Virus record (IMG/VR): IMGVR_UViG_3300050821_002507
Origin: a virus
Taxonomy: Duplodnaviria; Heunggongvirae; Uroviricota; Caudoviricetes
DNA length: 28,049 bases
Reading direction: 5' to 3' (one strand)
Position numbers and translations under genes: made by a program. The notes under the pieces are model-generated. The model made no database searches. It worked only from the letters and a program-made list of their open reading frames with translations, and was not told where the DNA came from. This document shows positions 22,607 to 28,049 of this stretch, piece by piece; within the stretch, counting starts at the first letter, position 1, and each line of letters starts with the position of its first letter.

Positions 22607-22795
22607 CTAATCGCACATAACGGATTGTGATGGCGTTTTTGTCTCGTTTCTAGCGTCTATCACAATCGCCCTGATGTATGCCGAAACGGTTACCTTGTTT
22701 TCCTCGGCAGTGCGCTGTAGCCACTCAAACGTCATCGTATCTAGCCTTGATTGGATCAATCTTCTGTTGGACTTAGGGCTAGCCTTGAGTGGCAA
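22607..22795 (-). CDS. Small ribbon-helix-helix-like DNA-binding protein
   Basis: TTG start 9 nt after GAGGAG. RLIQSRL (beta strand) - FEWLQRTAEE - VSAYIRAIV pattern. Confidence 0.55.
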   Translation of the reverse strand: MPLKASPKSNRRLIQSRLDTMTFEWLQRTAEENKVTVSAYIRAIVIDARNETKTPSQSVMCD

Positions 22796-22801
22796 CTACC
22801 G

Positions 22802-23344
22802 TCACTCCTCGATCGGAATGCTTCGACCCCACTCAGTGTGCACACGCGGCTTCACGGCTGGATGATCCCGCGTCAAGGTCCCGTCAGGGGTCGCCCCGAG
22901 GCGCTGTTCGGCCTCCTTGACCTGTTTCCGCGCCAGAGTCCGCATTTCAGTGCGGGCCTCCTGGGTCAACTCGATTGGCCGCTCCATGAGGATAAGTCCG
23001 TCACGGATGATATGCGGCTCCTTGTAGTCCGCCGGTAAGTACCCGACATGGCGTTTCGGATCCACAGGTTCCCAGCCCTGTTCGCGCATTGCGGCGATAT
23101 AGAACGGGTCTTCCTGGCCCATTGTGGAATAGCGCTTCCACTCGTAGCTTGAGCCTTCCGGAATCTGCTCTACTGGGAAGTAGAACCGATCCTCGCTGAT
23201 TGCTGCGGCACGGCGGCGGCGGCGCTTTTCCGGGGCCGCCTCTGGTCTCACGGCTTCGTGTACGGGCTCGTGGACCGGATCGCGGTCGATTGGAGCGCGC
23301 TTTGGGCGCGTGATCTGGGGTTCGCCTTGAGCGGTGTCTGACAT
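22802..23344 (-). CDS. Conserved phage head-region protein between scaffold and decoration/capsid genes
   Basis: IPEG.SYEWKR....GQED.......QGWEPV...GLILMERP pattern. Confidence 0.7.
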   Translation of the reverse strand: MSDTAQGEPQITRPKRAPIDRDPVHEPVHEAVRPEAAPEKRRRRRAAAISEDRFYFPVEQIPEGSSYEWKRYSTMGQEDPFYIAAMREQGWEPVDPKRHVGYLPADYKEPHIIRDGLILMERPIELTQEARTEMRTLARKQVKEAEQRLGATPDGTLTRDHPAVKPRVHTEWGRSIPIEE

Positions 23345-23601
23345 TACATAGACTCCTTGTCAGTCTCGATTAGATCAACAAAATAGAACTGCCCCGGCAA
23401 AACCCTGCCAAATGCACCCGGATTGGTGACATACATGGTCAGGCTGGCGCTTGGCGTCCACTTCGACCACTGAGAGTTAGCGGAACCTTCAGGCCCATAG
23501 ACCGCCTGGAGGTCGATTGCCTCATTGACCTTTGCTCCGCTCTGGTCACAACCGGACTTAACGGAGGCTATGAACATCTTTAGGCGTAACGTTGCAGTCA
23601 T
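23344..23601 (-). CDS. Small conserved phage hypothetical protein
   Basis: LRLKM.I...LQAVY...N.QWSKWTPSASL.M.VTNP.A....PGQFYFVD pattern, recalled as widespread in phages; coupled to neighbours. Confidence 0.7.
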   Translation of the reverse strand: MTATLRLKMFIASVKSGCDQSGAKVNEAIDLQAVYGPEGSANSQWSKWTPSASLTMYVTNPGAFGRVLPGQFYFVDLIETDKESM

Positions 23602-23602
23602 C

Positions 23603-24049
23603 TCATCTCCTGTTTACTCGATGAATCCATCGGATTCTGATTTTCTGAACACGCTGGTATAAGTCTATCAGTATGGTTTTCACATTGCGTGACGTAACCT
23701 GATAGTTAAGGACATAACTGGCGTAGATACTCTTGGCTTTCAGAACGAATTGCTCTTGAACGCCAAGTTCCTTTCGCGCAATGTGGCCTTCTCTCTCCAG
23801 TTGAACCAAGTTCTTGGCATACATTTTGTATGCGTCTTCTGCCGAAAGATATGGCCAGCAAAATCTCGCCACCTCCTGCTCATCCTTAGTAAGCACAACG
23901 CTCTTGGTAAATTCCATTAATGACAGAGATAATAGAATTATTCCCAAGAGCACTAATCCGATACCGAATCCAAAGGCATAGAACGCACCAAAGATTAGGC
24001 ATATGCCGCCAGCCAACGCGATTGGCGCATCCACATATACTCGATCCAT
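23603..24049 (-). CDS. Accessory membrane protein (N-terminal hydrophobic hairpin)
   Basis: Long hydrophobic stretch at residues about 10-45; AT-richer than the flanks; starts directly after the scaffold stop. Confidence 0.65.
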   Translation of the reverse strand: MDRVYVDAPIALAGGICLIFGAFYAFGFGIGLVLLGIILLSLSLMEFTKSVVLTKDEQEVARFCWPYLSAEDAYKMYAKNLVQLEREGHIARKELGVQEQFVLKAKSIYASYVLNYQVTSRNVKTILIDLYQRVQKIRIRWIHRVNRR

Positions 24050-25084
24050 TTAGTGCGTCACGCGGCCGATTTTCCCCTCAGACTCAAGATCCAAGAGGTT
24101 GCGGGCGTAGATTCCAAAGGCTTCCTTCTCAGGAAGGTGCGGGAATGAGAGTTTCGCCGCCTCACGCTGGTCTTTATTGAGTGTCACGGAGCGGGTTGTA
24201 CGGGCTCCGGAGGCCGCTGGAACGTCCCGGTTGACAGGGGCAGATGGCTGCACCTTCGCCGCCTTTGACTTCGGAGTGGCTTCCTCTGCCGGCGTAACAA
24301 CGGCAGCGGCTGACACTGGCTCCCTGAGGCCAACCTTTTCTTCGATGGTCCGGAAGTAGTCGTCACTTTCAAGAGGGATACCGCTATCGCCGGCCGTCTC
24401 ATGGCCAAGCATCATTGCGGCGTGCTTAACCCTATTGCCACCGAGAGCGGGAGGCAGACAATCCATATGCGACCTAAGCCATGATTGGCTCTTGGGAGAG
24501 AATCCAGCCAGATACTTCTCGACTGGACTCCCCGCTGGCGCCTCGACACGGCCCTCCGTAACCGGACGCTTCGGTGCCGACTCAAGCCGTATCTTGTCGG
24601 CCTCAAGGCGGTCGATCTGCGCTGCGGCCCTCGATAGGGCGACCTGTGCCGCAGAGGCCTTGGGAAACTCCCCCGCCTCCATTGCGCGCTCGAATTCGCG
24701 CTGTGCGGCCTCCTGAGCCTGTTTGGCGGCCTCGATTCCAGAGGTTACCGCCGTAAGCTCGCTGTTGCCGGCCCGTTCACGGAGTGATTCGTTCTCCTCC
24801 TCATGGACTCTGCGGGCTTCCTCGGCGGCGAGTCTCGCCTGCCGCTCACTGTTGGCGGTCTGCTCTGCGGCGAGACGGGCTGCGCGCTCGGTTTCGGCTG
24901 TTTTCGTTGCTGCCGTGAGCGCTGCGGCGGCTTCGTCTACCGCTGGGGTCTTTGGCTTTGGAGCGGTGACTACCGGCTTCGGTTCCGGCTCAACCGGATC
25001 AACGGCAAGATCGGGATGGTCCGTGACATCAACGGTGACCGTGCCCTCATCTTCGATCTCTATTACTGCGTCTTTCTCAGCCAT
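24050..25084 (-). CDS. Capsid scaffolding protein
   Basis: Acidic N-terminus, long Ala/Glu/Arg coiled coil, and C-terminal V.LNKDQREAAK...YARN; lies between GroES and the capsid genes. Confidence 0.75.
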   Translation of the reverse strand: MAEKDAVIEIEDEGTVTVDVTDHPDLAVDPVEPEPKPVVTAPKPKTPAVDEAAAALTAATKTAETERAARLAAEQTANSERQARLAAEEARRVHEEENESLRERAGNSELTAVTSGIEAAKQAQEAAQREFERAMEAGEFPKASAAQVALSRAAAQIDRLEADKIRLESAPKRPVTEGRVEAPAGSPVEKYLAGFSPKSQSWLRSHMDCLPPALGGNRVKHAAMMLGHETAGDSGIPLESDDYFRTIEEKVGLREPVSAAAVVTPAEEATPKSKAAKVQPSAPVNRDVPAASGARTTRSVTLNKDQREAAKLSFPHLPEKEAFGIYARNLLDLESEGKIGRVTH

Positions 25085-25097
25085 GTTCTTTCCTCAG

Positions 25098-25511
25098 TTA
25101 CCAAACCACGTCTGGGCTTGCAATTCGCATCCTGATATGCATGTCTTCTACCATGCGGCAGAGAACCCCACGAATCTTGAGTTTCCGACCATCGGTGACA
25201 AACATTGCGCACCAATCGCCAACGTTTACGTCCAATCCCTTGAAATCGTAATTGGAGTCGGAGACAAAGGCGTGCGGGCCTTTCTTTAGGACCAGACCAG
25301 CCTTGCCTTGATGCTCGGATTCTTTTCTCGTAGAATCTGGTACATAGAGGCCCGAAGCCATCTGCTCTGGCTGCTCGTAAACCCCAAGAAGCACCCAGTT
25401 TCCGAACAACTCGATGTCGTCCAGATTTCCAACGGCATCCATGATCTGCTTCTTTGGGTCCACCGTGTGCTTCATGAGCATGGTCGGTCTCTTATTCACT
25501 GCCATAGCCAT
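25098..25511 (-). CDS. Phage GroES-like (Cpn10) co-chaperonin
   Basis: LFGNWVLL...E.MASGLYVPD......G.VLKKGP.AF...VNVGDW......G......R...D motifs. Confidence 0.85.
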   Translation of the reverse strand: MAMAVNKRPTMLMKHTVDPKKQIMDAVGNLDDIELFGNWVLLGVYEQPEQMASGLYVPDSTRKESEHQGKAGLVLKKGPHAFVSDSNYDFKGLDVNVGDWCAMFVTDGRKLKIRGVLCRMVEDMHIRMRIASPDVVW

Positions 25512-25512
25512 A

Positions 25513-25899
25513 TTAGACTTCCTTCTTCTGTTGGATTTGAATCACCTTAATTCCAGCATCAATCGCCCGCCGCACACAATCGGCAGTGCCCGTCCCGCCC
25601 GGAAATGCGATTACCATGTCAGGGGTATATCTCTCGATCATCAGAGCGTTGCGAATTGGTCCAGCCGCCCTTCCATGCTCGCCCCACTTCGCTGACTCAG
25701 TGACCACGGTAACGCCCTTGGTCATGTGTCCCCAGCGTCCAGCCAGACGATCTGCGCTGACCCAACCACTTGCCTCCGCCCCCGGACAATCTCCGTGGAT
25801 TAGGCAGTCAATCGGCGTCACTTTGTTGATTTCGTTCAAAGCGCCAAATACGGCATTGCGGTCGTTATATTCTCGACCGCCACATACAAGAACTCTCAT
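25513..25899 (-). CDS. SLOG-superfamily protein (DUF2493 / cpYpsA-like)
   Basis: MRVLVCGGREY, LIHGD..GAD-like, W..HGRAAGPIRNALM and AFPGGTGTADCV motifs. Confidence 0.9.
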   Translation of the reverse strand: MRVLVCGGREYNDRNAVFGALNEINKVTPIDCLIHGDCPGAEASGWVSADRLAGRWGHMTKGVTVVTESAKWGEHGRAAGPIRNALMIERYTPDMVIAFPGGTGTADCVRRAIDAGIKVIQIQQKKEV

Positions 25900-26123
25900 T
25901 CTGGTACGGCTTCCTTCTCAGGTTCGCCGTAGCGGGCCTTCTCGATCTCCTCGCAGTATCCCAGCACATCGTTTAGTGCTTCAAGATATCCGACCTGTTG
26001 CCGATAATCGTCGTGCGATGATGCGCTGCCTTTAGCAAGGAGCACCATGCGGGCGTCTATTTTCTCGGTCAGGACTCGGTATAGAGCGCGATGAAATGCG
26101 TCATTTATGTCAGGCATTATCAA
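25896..26123 (-). CDS. Conserved small phage protein between portal and GroES
   Basis: L.KGSA...DDYRQQVGYLEAL..VL...EEI pattern. Confidence 0.7.
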   Translation of the reverse strand: MIMPDINDAFHRALYRVLTEKIDARMVLLAKGSASSHDDYRQQVGYLEALNDVLGYCEEIEKARYGEPEKEAVPE

Positions 26124-26461
26124 TCCTTTGGATGCGGATAATCAGGGTCTGGATTCCGAGAGGATGACGATGTGAACCGTGACTTACCGGATGGGTTGCT
26201 GCCCTCTTTCACAATATCATCTATTGACCGGTGATAGTCTGGCATGGGATTGCCACCGTCAACATATGGCTCGGCGGCCGGATCGGTGGCAGTAATACCG
26301 CCATCTGCAAACTTCTGCGGCGATGGGTACGTGTCGCCCTTCACCGCTAGTCTATCTGCCTTCTCGCTCGGCAGTTCATGGTGGGCTTCACCCTTCCCAA
26401 CCATGGAGTTAAGCTTGGCCTCGCGAGAAGCCTTCATTTCTGCAAAGGCTGGGTGTGTCAT
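26120..26461 (-). CDS. Low-complexity protein with MxHP...S...KL N-terminus and FADGG motif
   Basis: N-terminus aligns without gaps to 26802..27518; ATGA coupling at both ends. Confidence 0.7.
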   Translation of the reverse strand: MTHPAFAEMKASREAKLNSMVGKGEAHHELPSEKADRLAVKGDTYPSPQKFADGGITATDPAAEPYVDGGNPMPDYHRSIDDIVKEGSNPSGKSRFTSSSSRNPDPDYPHPKD

Positions 26462-26802
26462 GATTCTGCCTCAGTCAAATATTGCGTCCATAGCGAAATC
26501 ATGTACTTAGCCAACTCTACGCGCTCTTGCTTAGTCCACTCACGATCAGACACGCCGCCGTCCGCGCCATATCCTATGTTCATGGTCGGGCTAATGCCAA
26601 ATGTTCTACCATGGCAATAGACACGCCTTCCGGTTGAAAACTCAAACTCGTCGTCCAGAGGGAACCTATCGTCACCAATTTGCGGCTCTCTTGCTACCTC
26701 TGGAAATATTTGGTTATCAAAGTAGATCTGCCCATCCTCGGACTTTACCTGAGCTAGAGGCAGGAACCGCATGACTGTATCCTCCCTGGTAACAACTGCC
26801 AT
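26458..26802 (-). CDS. Small protein with an N-terminal capsid-derived segment fused to an FSTGR..GISP..GYG.DG..ERVELAKYMI.LW domain
   Basis: Residues 11-30 MRFLPLAQVKSEDGQIYFDN match capsid MRFLPLAQLKSDGGQTIFDN (15 of 20 identical). Confidence 0.75.
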   Translation of the reverse strand: MAVVTREDTVMRFLPLAQVKSEDGQIYFDNQIFPEVAREPQIGDDRFPLDDEFEFSTGRRVYCHGRTFGISPTMNIGYGADGGVSDREWTKQERVELAKYMISLWTQYLTEAES

Positions 26803-27518
26803 CAGACCGCCTGCGGCTTCTCGTGGGCGCGCTTGCCGTAGTTCTCGATCTTCTCCAAACGCCCCTCACCCGACCCAGCGCCAGCCTCATACTTGCCAAC
26901 CCGTCCGCCCTTGGCTCTAGCCTCCGTAAGTCCCTCTTCTTTGCGTTCCTCGGCTGCTACAGCGCCGCCCTTTGCATAAGTGCGACCACCGCCGGCCCTT
27001 AACCCAGGCATCCCACCGCCCGGCGGCATTGGTCCAGGCGGCGGCCCACCCCCCGGAAGTCCAGGAGGCCCGCCCATGCCAGGAGGGGGCATCATTGGAG
27101 GCTTCGGCGGCATCGCCATCGGCGGAGGCGGAACGGCCGGATTTCCACCCGGAGGCAGGATCGGACCACCCGGTGCGGCCCCGCCGCCCTGAGGAGCAAC
27201 AACGATATTCACATGAGTCGATGGCTTGTGCTTCGTGCGGCCACCGGAGGCACGCTTCACGGCACCGCCAGTCGCGTAAGTAGCGAGTGGGTTCGCGATG
27301 ATAGGAGTCTTGGGCTTCCTTGAAGAACGGTCGGCCCTTGCACGAGGTGCGTTGCTCTCGGCGCCGAACTCAACCGGATCCTCTTCGCCCTCTTGCTTTG
27401 CGCGGTTCGTCGGTCCAGAAATGTTTGCCGCAGGATCGGCGGAGCCATAGTCGCGCGTTAAGCGGTGAAGCTTCTCGCTTTTGCTTTTGTCGGCAGAATT
27501 TGCCATCGGGTGCGCCAT
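26802..27518 (-). CDS. Pro/Gly-rich disordered protein with multiple xAxGG motifs
   Basis: YATGGAVK, RASGGRT, RAGGGRT, YAKGGAV, RAKGGRVGK and a polyproline core. Confidence 0.75.
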   Translation of the reverse strand: MAHPMANSADKSKSEKLHRLTRDYGSADPAANISGPTNRAKQEGEEDPVEFGAESNAPRARADRSSRKPKTPIIANPLATYATGGAVKRASGGRTKHKPSTHVNIVVAPQGGGAAPGGPILPPGGNPAVPPPPMAMPPKPPMMPPPGMGGPPGLPGGGPPPGPMPPGGGMPGLRAGGGRTYAKGGAVAAEERKEEGLTEARAKGGRVGKYEAGAGSGEGRLEKIENYGKRAHEKPQAV

Positions 27519-27522
27519 GTAC

Positions 27523-28049
27523 TTACCTCTTTGAAACTCCAGCGGAAGGCTTGGGCTTTGCCTTCTCCAGCGCTATAGCGTGTGTGCGATCCAATTCGCC
27601 CTGATTAGCCTCGTGAGCGTGTCCAAGGGCGGTCGTCAATAGCTCATGGCGCCGATCATGTGCTTGCTGATTGGCGTCATGGGTGTGTCCCAGCCCCATT
27701 TTGATTGCATCGTGACGATTAGACAAGGCCTTCATCCGGAACTGGTGTACCCGATCGGCCTGCCGGTTCTGTTGATCTGCTTGGAGTGCTTGGCCTTTCT
27801 TCTGGGAATCAGAATTGTGAATGACCATTTCTCTCGCCAGACCAAGGTGTGCAACCTGCTCCTCGGACTGAAGTTTCTGCCTCTGGTAATCGAGAGTCTG
27901 TCCAGCCAATGCTGTCTTGGCTTGTGCTTCGGTGGATTTGGTCTGACTATCAGCAAGTCTTGCCTGCGCAGTAAGAAGATCGGCCTGTGCGCTCATCGCC
28001 TCTGGGTTAGGTGGCATGGACCCAGGAGGTGGCGGCGGCTTGAAGTATG
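27523..28049 (-). CDS. C-terminal part of a probable portal protein (open to the right edge)
   Basis: The frame stays open upstream of ATG 28017 (..YFKPPPPPGSMPPNP). Gln/Ala coiled-coil tail; position upstream of GroES, scaffold and capsid. The portal assignment is by synteny only. Confidence 0.5.
   Translation of the reverse strand, partial: YFKPPPPPGSMPPNPEAMSAQADLLTAQARLADSQTKSTEAQAKTALAGQTLDYQRQKLQSEEQVAHLGLAREMVIHNSDSQKKGQALQADQQNRQADRVHQFRMKALSNRHDAIKMGLGHTHDANQQAHDRRHELLTTALGHAHEANQGELDRTHAIALEKAKPKPSAGVSKR

Noticed and set aside
22353-22610. 85-aa plus-strand ORF
   Set aside because: Spans the IRR-TSD junction, so it exists only because of the insertion; no RBS or motif.
1-28049. 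CRISPR array, tRNA, rRNA, integrase, reverse transcriptase/DGR or lysis genes
   Set aside because: No regularly spaced repeats, cloverleaf or relevant protein motifs seen by eye; prophage status is inferred only from the IS content and LexA box.

Overview
A 28-kb segment of a tailed dsDNA (podovirus-like, probably temperate) phage or prophage. The host is inferred to be alphaproteobacterial. Almost all phage genes lie on the minus strand in tightly coupled order: portal C-terminus, small head-region proteins, GroES-like co-chaperonin, scaffold, head decoration protein, major capsid protein, head fibre, neck adaptor and a fibre/receptor-binding cluster. Two free-standing homing endonucleases (GIY-YIG; HNH-AP2) are inserted, each with its RBS inside a hairpin. 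The head cluster is split by a 5.9-kb IS1595-family passenger-carrying element (16544-22433; perfect 33-bp IRs, 8-bp TSD GACTTTTA). A second IS1595 element is nested inside it (18232-21325; perfect 31-bp IRs, 8-bp TSD CAATCCAC). The two elements share one cargo layout: transposase, basic mini-ORF plus hairpin, membrane protein, unannotated EETxRR micro-protein, HEPN-motif gene, small ORF. Other notable points: eight genes in the fibre cluster carry Sec-type signal peptides, a small protein carries a 20-residue copy of a capsid segment, and a LexA-type box overlaps a promoter antisense to a candidate small RNA. All family assignments are from motif recognition by eye; no database searches were run.
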